64,000 nucleotides of DNA from positions 79,644 to 143,643 of the forward strand of contig JBGANF010000003.1 in the NCBI GenBank assembly GCA_044222475.1, read 5' to 3'. Positions 9,407-18,997 of this stretch are shown here, one piece after another. A model generated the notes under the pieces. That model did no database searches. It had not been told where the DNA came from and was given only the letters and a program-made list of their open reading frames with translations. Position 1 is the first letter of the stretch; each line of letters starts with the position of its first letter. A program made the position numbers and the translations under genes. This DNA is from Polyangiaceae bacterium (GTDB taxonomy: Bacteria > Myxococcota_A > Polyangia > Polyangiales > Polyangiaceae).

Positions 9407-12400
9407 ATGAGTTCGACGGGATCGCGAGCCATCGTTTCAGTTTGTCTTTGCGCGGCACTCCTCCGTGGAAATGACGTCCGACCCGCCGCCGCGGAGCGCA
9501 TCACGGTGCCAGTCCGTTCGAGCTTGAACGCGACCATCGCCGGCCTTCCTTTGCGGTTCGAAGCCAACGCAGGTCAGTGGGACGAGAGCATCCGGTACGT
9601 CGCGCGCACGGGGCCGTCGGCCGTCTACCTCACGGACGAGGGAGCGACGTGGATGTTTCGGTCTCCGAGCTCGGCGTCGACGATCTTGGAGATGAAGGTA
9701 GCCGGCGGTCGGCTCGTCACGCCGACGGCCAGCGACGAGCTCGTGACGAGGAGCAACTACTTCGTCGGCAATGACCCCTCGCGCTGGCGGACCGACGTCC
9801 GCAATTTCGGTCGTGCAACGTATCGGAACGTTCGCGACGGCGTCGACCTCGTCTTTCACGGTGACGGAAGCCAACTCGAATACGACTTCATCGTCGCGCC
9901 CGGAACGAGCCCGAATGACGTCGCGATGGAAATCGAGGGTGCCGAAGGCCTGTCGCTCGCGCCGAGTGGCTCGTTGATCATCCACACGGTGGCAGGCGAC
10001 CTGGAGGAGCCGCCTCCCCACATCTATCAAGTGCTCGCCGACGGTGGACGAGAGGTCGTCTCGGGAACGTATCGCCTCCAAGGCACGCGCCTCGCGTTCG
10101 ACGTCGGTCCGTACGACCGCGACCGTGCACTCGTCATCGATCCCATCGTCGCGCTGTATTCCACCTACCTCGGTGGCAGCGGCGAGGATGAGGCCTACGG
10201 TGTGGCACTCGACGGGAGTGGTAGTGCGTACATCGCGGGTCAAGCGACCGGAACGTTTCCGACGAAGAACCCTCTGCAAGGCGCGTTGGGCGGTGTCTTC
10301 GACGCCTTCGTCGCCAAGCTGAACCCTGCTGGCTCGGCGCTCGTCTACGCGACCTACCTCGGCGGCAGCGCCGAGGAGTCGGCCTTCGGGATCGCGGTCG
10401 ACAGTGGAGGCAACGCCTACGTCGTTGGCAGTACGGCGTCGGCCAACTTCCCGACGCAAGGGACGCTACAAGGCTACGCCGGAAACACGGACGCGTTCGT
10501 CGCGAAGCTCAACGCCGCCGGCTCGGCGCTCGTCTATTCGACATACGTCGGCGGAGCGTTGGACGAGCGTCCCCGCGCCGTGTGCGTCGACTCGACCGGC
10601 AACCTATACGCAGTCGGTGAGACGACCTCCGCCAACTTTCCCACCGTCGCCGCGCAACAAGCCTCGTACGCCGGGACTACGGATGCATTCGTCTTCAAGC
10701 TGAACTCGTCGGGGTCGGCGTTCGTGTACTCCACCTTCCTCGGCGGAAACTCGGGAGACTACGGTTTGGGGATCGCCAGCGACGGCGCTGGCAACGCGTA
10801 CGCCATCGGCTCCACCTATTCGCCTAATTTTCCGACCAAGAACCCACTGAAAGGCAGCCTCGGCGGGGCTGAAGACGCGTTCATCACGAAGCTCGACGCA
10901 GCCGGCGCAACGGTCTTCTCGACGTACTTCGGTGGCTCGTCGAGCGACGCGGGGACAGCAATCGCGTTGGGCGGGAGCGGCAAGCTGTTCGTCACCGGTA
11001 TCACCTCCTCCGCCGACTTCCCCGTTCAGAATGCGTACCAGTCCTCGATCGCGTCCATTCCCGACGCGTACGTCGCAAGCCTCAACGCAACGGGATCCGC
11101 GATCCTCTATTCGACGTTTCTGGGCGGTGCCGGCGACGATTACGCGACGACCATCGCCGCGGATGCGAACGACAATGCATTCGTCGCGGGCTGGACAGGG
11201 GCGAACGATTTCCCCACCTCGAACGCGTTCCAGACCTCCAAAAGTGGACTCGACGCTGGCTTCGTGGCGAGGTTCAGTGCATCGGGTTCCGTCTGGTGGT
11301 CGACCTACCTCGGCGGCAACGTCTATAGCCACCCGAGAGGAATCGTCACCGACGGGAACCGCAACGCCTACGTCGCTGGAGGCACGAGCTCGACCGACTT
11401 CCCGACGAAGACGCCCATCCAGGGGGTCAAGAGTGGGGGTTTCGACGCCTTCGTGACGAAGCTGGGCTGGCCCGCTCTCGTGATCGGGCCATCCTTCCCC
11501 ACGGTGCCACCCAAGTCGTCGAAGACGTTCATCGCCAGCGGCGGGAGCGGCGTCGGCTACACCTATGCGCTCTCGGTCAACGCGAGCGGCGCCACCATCA
11601 ACCCTTCCACCGGCGTGTACGTGGCAGGCTCCACGCCGAGCGTCACGGATACGGTTCTCGTCACCGATTCCGACACCGACACGGTCTCCACCCCCGTCTT
11701 CGTCGGGCCTGGCGTGAGCGTGCTGCCAGCGAACCCGACGCCAGCTCCAAAAGGAACGATCGGATTCTCGGCGACGGGGGGCTCCGGCGTGGGATGGGTG
11801 TGGTCTCTCACCAGCAACAACTCGGGAGCGACGATCAACGCGAGCAGTGGCGTCTACACCGCCGGCGCCACGCCGAGCGTCACCGACACGGTCCACGTCA
11901 GCGACTCACTCGGCAACGTGGCCAACGTCAACGTCAGCGTAGGTCCGGGAGTAAGCATCTCCCCAGCGAGCCCTGCGGTGCCTCCCAAGGGCGCCGTCGC
12001 GTTCACCGCGACGGGTGGAAACGCGTTCGGATGGAAGTGGACGGTCACCACGAACAACTCGGGTGCGACGATTGGGCTCACCAGTGGCGCCTACGTTGCG
12101 GGCGCCGTCGGAAACGTCGTCGACAAGGTGCAGGTCACCGACAGTCTCGGTAACGCCGCGACCGTCAACGTTTCGGTGGGCGGCGGCCTCGCCATCAACC
12201 CGGCGGGGCCGAGCACACCGACGAAAGGCTCGATCGCCTTCACCGCGATCGGCGGCAGCGGTGTGGCGTACGCCTGGTCACTTTCGACGAATGCGTCCGG
12301 CGGCACGATCAACGTAGCGAGCGGCCAATATGTGGCGGGCTCGACAGGAGGGGTGACCGACTCGGTGACGGTCGTGGATTCGCTCGCCAACGCCGCGACC

Positions 12401-12958
12401 GTGAGCGTGACCGTTGGGCCGACTCTGACGGTCACGCCGAGCTCTGCCACCGTTCTACCCGGCGACAGCGTCGCCTTCTCGGCCTCGGGCGGCAGCGGCA
12501 ACGCGTACGCATGGGCGTTCCTCTCCAACGCAAGCGCCGGAAGTCTCGATCCCAATACCGGCGCGTACGTCGCCGGAACCACCGCGAGCGTGACCGATTC
12601 GATCCAGGTCGCCGACTCGCTCGGCAACACTGCAACCGCATCCATCAAGGTCAAGAGCACGATCGCCGATGCCGGCGTCGGAGACGGCAGCGTCATCGAA
12701 CCCGACGCAGGAACAACCGTCGACGCCGGCGCGGGAGGCCCGCCATCCAGCGAAGGGTGCGGCTGCACGGTGCCCGGCGAGATGCGCGGGTCGGGAGGCT
12801 ACGCGATGCTCGTCGCGATCGTCGTGTTCGTCGGTGTGCGGGCACGCCGCCGCCCTACTTCGACCGCACCTCGGCGCCCCACCAGTGGTGACCCGCGCTC
12901 GACTGCGAATGGATCACGTACGGCGCGACGCTCTTCGAGGGCTGCGATTTCAGGGTGA
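9407..12958 (+). CDS. Large surface protein: SBBP beta-propeller repeats, five ~79-aa Ig-like repeats and a MYXO-CTERM sorting tail
   Basis: FEANAGQ, SNYFVGNDP and LEYDFIVAPG N-terminal domain; repeated YSTYLGG...DAFVAKL units; ASGGSG..Y.W...GVYVAG...VTDS repeats; GCGCTVPG, hydrophobic stretch, RARRR. Confidence 0.85.
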   Translation: MSSTGSRAIVSVCLCAALLRGNDVRPAAAERITVPVRSSLNATIAGLPLRFEANAGQWDESIRYVARTGPSAVYLTDEGATWMFRSPSSASTILEMKVAGGRLVTPTASDELVTRSNYFVGNDPSRWRTDVRNFGRATYRNVRDGVDLVFHGDGSQLEYDFIVAPGTSPNDVAMEIEGAEGLSLAPSGSLIIHTVAGDLEEPPPHIYQVLADGGREVVSGTYRLQGTRLAFDVGPYDRDRALVIDPIVALYSTYLGGSGEDEAYGVALDGSGSAYIAGQATGTFPTKNPLQGALGGVFDAFVAKLNPAGSALVYATYLGGSAEESAFGIAVDSGGNAYVVGSTASANFPTQGTLQGYAGNTDAFVAKLNAAGSALVYSTYVGGALDERPRAVCVDSTGNLYAVGETTSANFPTVAAQQASYAGTTDAFVFKLNSSGSAFVYSTFLGGNSGDYGLGIASDGAGNAYAIGSTYSPNFPTKNPLKGSLGGAEDAFITKLDAAGATVFSTYFGGSSSDAGTAIALGGSGKLFVTGITSSADFPVQNAYQSSIASIPDAYVASLNATGSAILYSTFLGGAGDDYATTIAADANDNAFVAGWTGANDFPTSNAFQTSKSGLDAGFVARFSASGSVWWSTYLGGNVYSHPRGIVTDGNRNAYVAGGTSSTDFPTKTPIQGVKSGGFDAFVTKLGWPALVIGPSFPTVPPKSSKTFIASGGSGVGYTYALSVNASGATINPSTGVYVAGSTPSVTDTVLVTDSDTDTVSTPVFVGPGVSVLPANPTPAPKGTIGFSATGGSGVGWVWSLTSNNSGATINASSGVYTAGATPSVTDTVHVSDSLGNVANVNVSVGPGVSISPASPAVPPKGAVAFTATGGNAFGWKWTVTTNNSGATIGLTSGAYVAGAVGNVVDKVQVTDSLGNAATVNVSVGGGLAINPAGPSTPTKGSIAFTAIGGSGVAYAWSLSTNASGGTINVASGQYVAGSTGGVTDSVTVVDSLANAATVSVTVGPTLTVTPSSATVLPGDSVAFSASGGSGNAYAWAFLSNASAGSLDPNTGAYVAGTTASVTDSIQVADSLGNTATASIKVKSTIADAGVGDGSVIEPDAGTTVDAGAGGPPSSEGCGCTVPGEMRGSGGYAMLVAIVVFVGVRARRRPTSTAPRRPTSGDPRSTANGSRTARRSSRAAISG

Positions 12959-14123
12959 TCGTGAGCTTCACCTTCTGCCCCGCGTTGACGGTCGTCTTGT
13001 CGAACGCGAAGCCGAGCGACGCGTTGCCGCCGATCCGCGAGCTGATGTCCTCCGCCGTGAGCGTCCAGTCGACCGCGGTCCCGTCCGCGTAGGGATCGAG
13101 ATCGATCGTCTTCGATTCGCCGACGGCGAGCCACAGCGTCTGCATGCCGGCCTCCACCGCGGCGTTGAAATAGACCTCGCTCTTGGGTTGGGTCACGCAC
13201 GGCGCGTGTCCGGAGCGAGCGCTCTTGTTCGACCACCCGCGTTGGACCGAGAAGGTGCTCTCGACCATCGTCTCGAAGCCCCAGGGGTAATCGCAGACGT
13301 CACCGTTCTCGCCGCCGTAGTAGAGCCAGCCGAAATCCTGCATCACCCACCCCTGATCCTTGCCGGGGTGAGGATCCGTCGCCGCTTCGAGGAGCTCGTG
13401 GCTGCCGGCGACGGTGAGGAACGGCTCGCCGCTGCAGCGCGGCTCGATCGCGTAGGCGGTCTCGACGTACTGCACGCCGCCCTTCGGGAGTAGGGACGCC
13501 GAGTAGTGGTACGCGCCGAACCCCGAGCAGCTCGTGAGCTTGTCGAACTTGATCGTCGTCCCGGACGGGAACCAGATTTGGTAGACGGTCTGCTCGTCGG
13601 GCGGGGGGAACAGGCCGAGGTTGACGTGGTCCTGGATGAACTGGACGACGGTCGACCCGGTGCCGTCTTCGCTGTCGACCAGGCTCGCGGGCGGGGCCTC
13701 GTTCAAGACGACGTGGCCGCCGTTCGACCCCGGCCCGATGCACGGCGAGCCTTTGGGGAGGACGCAGTATTCGCTGGTCGTGTCGGTCCACCACGGGGTC
13801 TGGGTGATCGTGTCGCCGAAGAGCTGAAGCCGCGCGACGACCGCCGGGTTGTCGCTCGCAAAGGTCACGGTCACGACCTTCATCGACGTGAGCAGGGCCC
13901 CCCCCAGGTAGTCGAGGCCCGGCATCCGGGCCCCGGGGCTGAGCGGCGGGAGCGGCGGGACGTCCGGAGCGGCTTCGATCGCGGCTTCCTGGACGTCGGG
14001 GCCTGCGTCGATCGAGGCTTCCAACCCGGCGTCCGGTGGCGAGATCGTCACCCCGTCGTCGCCGCTGCAGGCGGCGCACGCGACGAGGATCCCAAGCCCG
14101 AGCGCGACCCAACTCCGAGCCAT
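12855..14123 (-). CDS. Secreted lipoprotein with Phi-1/EXORDIUM-like domain (HExxE motif)
   Basis: Lipobox CAAC; YLGGALL, C..FGAYH, SHELLEAATDP, ENGDVC and VQRGWSN. Confidence 0.65.
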   Translation of the reverse strand: MARSWVALGLGILVACAACSGDDGVTISPPDAGLEASIDAGPDVQEAAIEAAPDVPPLPPLSPGARMPGLDYLGGALLTSMKVVTVTFASDNPAVVARLQLFGDTITQTPWWTDTTSEYCVLPKGSPCIGPGSNGGHVVLNEAPPASLVDSEDGTGSTVVQFIQDHVNLGLFPPPDEQTVYQIWFPSGTTIKFDKLTSCSGFGAYHYSASLLPKGGVQYVETAYAIEPRCSGEPFLTVAGSHELLEAATDPHPGKDQGWVMQDFGWLYYGGENGDVCDYPWGFETMVESTFSVQRGWSNKSARSGHAPCVTQPKSEVYFNAAVEAGMQTLWLAVGESKTIDLDPYADGTAVDWTLTAEDISSRIGGNASLGFAFDKTTVNAGQKVKLTITLKSQPSKSVAPYVIHSQSSAGHHWWGAEVRSK

Positions 14124-14196
14124 GGACCATTCTCCCACGACCGGGGGGGCATGTCGGGATGAATATCGTATGATGTGCCGCACCAAGAGGTACCCG

Positions 14197-15147
14197 ATGT
14201 CGCGCGCTCGCCTTGCTTCCCTCGCGTCCGTTTCTTTCGCACTGGTCGTCGCCTGTGGCGGCGCGACCGAGACCAACCTGTTCGATCCCCCGCCCAACGG
14301 CACGAACGACGGCGGCAAAGTGGACTCCGGGATCGAAACCGGTCCCATCCCGGACGGAAGCAACTGTGGCGCCTGCGGCGCTCCGGCGCCGCCCGGGTTC
14401 CACTACGTGCGCTACGCCGAGGATCGCAACGGCGCTTGCCCGTCCGGGACGACCACCATCGACGTCGTGAGCAACTTGTCCGACTCGGTCGCCTGCAAGT
14501 GCACGTGCACTGCCAACACTCCCGACTGCTCTCTCGGAAACCTCACCCGCTCTTCGGACTTCGATCCGAACAACGCGACCTGCAACCAGACCGGGACCAC
14601 GCTCACCGCGTCCGCCCCGAACTGCACCCCGTTCAACAACTTCACCATCCAGCTCGGCAACCACATCAAGGTGAACCCGCCGGTCATCCAGGGCACCTGC
14701 ACGACGGAAGCGAAGCCCGACCTGTCGGGCATCAAGGCGACGCAGGGTCGCGTGTGCGACGCACCCGCGGAGTGCAGCGGCATCGTGTGCGGCGGACCGA
14801 AGAAGTGCATCGCGCAGCAGGGAGACGTCGCGTGCCCGGCCGGCTTCGGCAACAAGACGCTCGTCGGCACCGGAGCGAACGCCAAGTGCGAAGCCTGCCC
14901 CGACTGCAAAGCCGACGTGCAGTGCACCGGCACCCTCTCGTTCTTCACGAACCAACAGTGCACGACCGGCCAGATCGACATGACGGCCGACAGCCAGTGC
15001 GTGAACCGACCGGTGAACTCGGGCGGCGTGGGTTACGTCGCGTACAAGTACAAGGGAAGCGTCAAGTCGGCGACCTGCACGCCGACGGGTGACACCAAGG
15101 GCGCCACCGTGCTCGAGGGTCAGACGACGATCTGCTGCGCGAATTAG
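14197..15147 (+). CDS. Cys-rich secreted lipoprotein
   Basis: GAGG RBS; lipobox VVAC; many Cys; ends TICCAN. Confidence 0.75.
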   Translation: MSRARLASLASVSFALVVACGGATETNLFDPPPNGTNDGGKVDSGIETGPIPDGSNCGACGAPAPPGFHYVRYAEDRNGACPSGTTTIDVVSNLSDSVACKCTCTANTPDCSLGNLTRSSDFDPNNATCNQTGTTLTASAPNCTPFNNFTIQLGNHIKVNPPVIQGTCTTEAKPDLSGIKATQGRVCDAPAECSGIVCGGPKKCIAQQGDVACPAGFGNKTLVGTGANAKCEACPDCKADVQCTGTLSFFTNQQCTTGQIDMTADSQCVNRPVNSGGVGYVAYKYKGSVKSATCTPTGDTKGATVLEGQTTICCAN

Positions 15148-15176
15148 TCGACGGAGGGCTAGTATTCCCGCCGTCG

Positions 15177-15845
15177 ATGTTGCCCACCCATAGTGGCCAA
15201 CCCCCATTGGAAGAAGGCAGCCTCTTCGCGCCGGCCCCGACCGAGATCGGGAGCCCGCAGAGCGTCGAAGGGACGACTGCCGACGCTGGCGGGCTGATCG
15301 CGCTCATCGGCCCGTTCGCGGTCGTGCTCGGCGGCGTGTGCGGCGTGGCGGGCTTCTTCCTCACCGCCGCGTGGCTTCACTCGTCGAACCCGGCGATGGG
15401 GGACCTGCAGCTGATGCTGAGCGCGATCGTCGTCGGCGCGATCGCCGGCGTCGGCGGGTACCTCGGCGGGCAACGTTGGGGCTCGGCCCCACCGGAGGTG
15501 AAGGAGCTCACGTACATCGGGCTGCGCGGCGCCGCGCGCGTGTACCGCGTGGGTCCCCCCGACGTCGTCTGCTTCCGCGACGTCGCGCGCGTTCAAGTCG
15601 AGGATCGAAGGCGTGACGACAACGTCGTCGAGCGCACGTGGACGTTCATCGACTTCGAGGGGAAGACTCGCTTCACCGCGCGCGGGCAGAGCACCCTGCA
15701 GCCGAGCTCGATCGATCCCGCTCAGGGCAAGCTCGACCTCGCGTGGCACTTCGGAGCCGCGGTGGCGGCGGCGGTGCAAGGCGCCCTCGCCAACCCGTCG
15801 ATGAGGCCGCCGGCGCCGCCTTCCGCGGGGGACGACCTCGACTAG
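15177..15845 (+). CDS. Hypothetical membrane protein
   Basis: Two hydrophobic helices followed by a soluble domain; typical codon usage. Confidence 0.6.
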   Translation: MLPTHSGQPPLEEGSLFAPAPTEIGSPQSVEGTTADAGGLIALIGPFAVVLGGVCGVAGFFLTAAWLHSSNPAMGDLQLMLSAIVVGAIAGVGGYLGGQRWGSAPPEVKELTYIGLRGAARVYRVGPPDVVCFRDVARVQVEDRRRDDNVVERTWTFIDFEGKTRFTARGQSTLQPSSIDPAQGKLDLAWHFGAAVAAAVQGALANPSMRPPAPPSAGDDLD

Positions 15846-15851
15846 CGGGCA

Positions 15852-15871
15852 CCCCGGACTTCAGTCCGGGG
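15852..15871. repeat. Palindrome between convergent genes (REP-like hairpin or bidirectional terminator)
   Basis: CCCCGGAC-TTCA-GTCCGGGG perfect stem in the short gap between two stop codons. Confidence 0.5.
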
Positions 15872-15874
15872 CGC

Positions 15875-17596
15875 TCAGAGCAGAGCCTTCACCCGCTCGC
15901 CGATGACGCGCGACGCGTCGGCGACTGGCACGAGCTCGGCCTTCTTCGGATCGGGCTCGCTCCGCGGCTTGAGCTCGAAGTTTCCGCCGGCGAGACCCTT
16001 GCCGCCGATGGTGACCCGCAGCGGGCACCCGATGAGGTCGGCGTCCTTGAACTTCACGCCCGGGCGCTCGTCCCGATCGTCCCAGAGGACCTCGATGCCC
16101 TGCGCCTCGAGATCGGCGACGAGCTTCGTCGCCGCCGACGTGACCGCCTCGTCGGTGCCGATCGTGCAGACGTGCACGTGGTACGGCGCGAGGCTCATCG
16201 GCCACCGGATGCCGTTCTCGTCGTGGTGCTGCTCGATCGCGGTCGCGACGAGGCGCGACACGCCGATGCCGTAGCAGCCCATGATGATGGCCTTCTCTTC
16301 GTTCTTCTCGTCGAGGAACGTCGCCTTCATCTTCGTCGAGTAGTGGGTACCGAGGATGAAGATGTGTCCCGCCTCGATGCCTTTGTAGAGCGTGAGCGGC
16401 TTGCCGCAGCTCGGGCATGGATCGCCGCTGGCGGCCATGCGCACGTCGACGACCTCGGCCTGGAAGTTGAGGCCGTAGTTGACGCCCATGAGGTGGTAGT
16501 CGGTCTCGTTCGCGCCGGTGAACCCGTTGCGAACCTGCGACGCGGCGCGATCGATCAAGACCTTGCCCTTGAAGCCGACCGGTCCGGCGAAGCCCACCTT
16601 GGCGCCGGTGGCCTTCACGACGTCGGCCTCGCCCGCGAGGAACACTTCGGCGACGCCGAGCGCGCGGGCGAGCCGCACCTCGTTCACCTCGTGATCGCCG
16701 CGGAGGACGACCATCACGAGGTCGGTCGCGCCGGCGTACGTATAGAGCAGCGACTTGTACATCTGCGTCGCCGGCACGTTCAGGAACTTCGAGACCTCGG
16801 CGATGCTGCCGACGTTCGGCGTGTGGACCTTGCGGGTCGGGAGCGTCGTCGCCTTCGCGTTGGCCGGCGTCTCCAGCGTCTTCACGACCGCCGCTTCGAC
16901 GTTGGCTGCGTACGAGCACGAGTCGCACGCGACGATCGCGTCTTCGCCCGAGTCGACGAGGACCTGGAACTCGGCGCTCGTGTCGCCGCCGATCGCCCCG
17001 GAGTCCGCGGCTACCATGCGGTAGCGGAGCCCCATGCGATCGAACGTGCGCGAGTACGCGACGCGCATCGTCTCGTAGCTCTTCTTCGCGCCGTCCTCGG
17101 TGACGTCGAACGAGTACGCGTCCTTCATGATGAACTCGCGACAGCGGAGGAGACCGCCACGCGGCCGCGGCTCGTCGCGGAACTTCGTCTGGATCTGGTA
17201 GAGGTTCTTCGGCATGTCGCGCCAGCTCTTGATCTCGCGGCGCGCGATGTCGGTGACGATCTCTTCGTGGGTCGGCGCGAGGTTGTAGTCGCTGCCCTTG
17301 CGATCCTTCAGCCGGAGGAGCACGTCCCCGTAGACGTCCCAGCGGCCGGTCTCCTTGTAGTACTCGGCCGGGAGGAGCACCGGCATGAGGATCTCTTGCG
17401 CGCCCGCGCGGTCCATCTCTTCGCGGACGATGCGCTCGACCTTGCGAAGGACGCGGAGCCCGAGCGGGAGGAAGTCGTAAATCCCGGCGCCGACGCGGCG
17501 GATGTAGCCGCCGCGGAGGAGAAGAACGTGGCTCACGTTCGTGGCGTCGGCCGGGGCCTCTTTGACCGTCGGGATGAGGGCGCGTGAGAAGAGCAT
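15875..17596 (-). CDS. proS: Proline--tRNA ligase (bacterial type with editing insertion)
   Basis: MLFSRALIPTVKE, SHVLLLRGGYIR, PTHEE, FRDEPRPRGGLLRCREF, EAGHIFILGT, MGCYGIGVSRL and anticodon domain DDRDERPGVKF. Confidence 0.98.
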   Translation of the reverse strand: MLFSRALIPTVKEAPADATNVSHVLLLRGGYIRRVGAGIYDFLPLGLRVLRKVERIVREEMDRAGAQEILMPVLLPAEYYKETGRWDVYGDVLLRLKDRKGSDYNLAPTHEEIVTDIARREIKSWRDMPKNLYQIQTKFRDEPRPRGGLLRCREFIMKDAYSFDVTEDGAKKSYETMRVAYSRTFDRMGLRYRMVAADSGAIGGDTSAEFQVLVDSGEDAIVACDSCSYAANVEAAVVKTLETPANAKATTLPTRKVHTPNVGSIAEVSKFLNVPATQMYKSLLYTYAGATDLVMVVLRGDHEVNEVRLARALGVAEVFLAGEADVVKATGAKVGFAGPVGFKGKVLIDRAASQVRNGFTGANETDYHLMGVNYGLNFQAEVVDVRMAASGDPCPSCGKPLTLYKGIEAGHIFILGTHYSTKMKATFLDEKNEEKAIIMGCYGIGVSRLVATAIEQHHDENGIRWPMSLAPYHVHVCTIGTDEAVTSAATKLVADLEAQGIEVLWDDRDERPGVKFKDADLIGCPLRVTIGGKGLAGGNFELKPRSEPDPKKAELVPVADASRVIGERVKALL

Positions 17597-17623
17597 GGCT
17601 GGACGGACGGGATACCACGGATC

Positions 17624-17673
17624 GAGAGAGAGAGAGAGCGGGAGCGGGGCGGGAGCGGGAGCGGGAACGGGAG
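17624..17673. repeat. Simple sequence repeats: (GA)7G followed by six CGGGAG-like units
   Basis: Read directly in the kinase-proS intergenic region. Confidence 0.85.
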
Positions 17674-18939
17674 TCAGCGTTGGCGGCGCTGTTTCGGTCG
17701 CTCGTCCGCTTCCTCGTCCTCCGCCTCTTCTTCTTCCTGAGTCGCTCGCTGGTCGACGCGGATGCGGTCGTCGTCGCCGACTCGGACGTGGACGTCGACC
17801 GGCGCGGACTCCTCCTCTGCTTCGACGCGCTCGAAGGCTCGCCCCATCGCGTTCGACGCTCGGGTCCCCGCGTCGGCGACACGGCGCGCGGCTTCGCGAA
17901 GCTTCGGACCGAACACGAGGGACATCATCGTCAACAGGAGGGGAACGAAGACGCGCACCACGACGACGACCGCGACGCGGGCGAGCACCAGCGCCAGCGT
18001 CACGAGGAGATGGATCGGCCACGGCATCGGTCCGCGCGAGCGGCGCCGCCGCAGCGCGCGCCGCGCGTCCCTTTCTTCGCGTCGCGCTTCACGCTCCGCC
18101 CGTCGCGCTTCTCGGCCGCGCGGTTTCGGTTCGGCCTTGGCGCTGCCCCTCCGCGGCGCAGCGCGTTCGACCGAAGGGATGACCGCGACACGTCGATCGG
18201 GATCCGGCTCGACCATGGCCGCGATCGCGTCGCGGAGCCCGGGGTCGACGCGCCCCCCGAGCGCCTGATCGAGGTCGAACGAGAGGCCCTTGTGAGGAAG
18301 GTCCTCGGGCTCTCGCCCGGTGAGCAGCGAGAGCGCGGTGGCGCCGATCGCGTACACGTCGGAGCCCGGTCCCGCGCGACCCTGAAACTGCTCGGGCGCC
18401 ATGTAGCCGAACGTCCCGACGACCGTGCTCCCTCCCTCGGGTCGCATCCGATCGCGTACGGCGCCGAAGTCGACGAACGCGAACGAGCCGTTCGGTCGAC
18501 GGATCACGTTCGCCGGCTTCAGGTCGCGGTGAATCACCGGCGGAGCTCGACCGTGGAGATACCGGAGCATCTCGCGCGCGTCGGAGAGGAGCCGCACCAC
18601 GTCCGCCTCCGGCAGCGGCCCCTTCTTGCGCAGGACCGAAAGCGGGGTGCCCTCGATCTTCTCCATCACGAGGTAGAGGATCCCGTCCTCCTCGAAGTGC
18701 TCGACGTACTTCGGCAGCATCGGGTGCGACAGCGACGCGAGGACCCGCGCCTCGCGCTCCGCGAGCTCGACGTCCTTCCACGACTTCGCGCCGCTCACGT
18801 CGAAGCGCTTGATCGCGACGGGGCGCCCCTCGCGCTTGTCGATGGCGTCGAGGGTCTTGCCTTGGGCTCCCGATCCGAGGACGCCGACGACGACGTAGCG
18901 TCCATCACGGAGCCCAGCGGGAAGACGACTCTCGGACAC
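17674..18939 (-). CDS. Membrane-associated Ser/Thr protein kinase
   Basis: LGSGAQG, VAIK, HRDLKPAN, DFG and GTFGYMAPE; C-terminal TM segment; TACATT 7 nt upstream of the GTG. Confidence 0.92.
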   Translation of the reverse strand: MSESRLPAGLRDGRYVVVGVLGSGAQGKTLDAIDKREGRPVAIKRFDVSGAKSWKDVELAEREARVLASLSHPMLPKYVEHFEEDGILYLVMEKIEGTPLSVLRKKGPLPEADVVRLLSDAREMLRYLHGRAPPVIHRDLKPANVIRRPNGSFAFVDFGAVRDRMRPEGGSTVVGTFGYMAPEQFQGRAGPGSDVYAIGATALSLLTGREPEDLPHKGLSFDLDQALGGRVDPGLRDAIAAMVEPDPDRRVAVIPSVERAAPRRGSAKAEPKPRGREARRAEREARREERDARRALRRRRSRGPMPWPIHLLVTLALVLARVAVVVVVRVFVPLLLTMMSLVFGPKLREAARRVADAGTRASNAMGRAFERVEAEEESAPVDVHVRVGDDDRIRVDQRATQEEEEAEDEEADERPKQRRQR

Positions 18940-18997
18940 GTCGGACAATGTAGTCCAACTTCGCCTGCACGAGTCTCGGTTGCGGTACACTCCGAGG

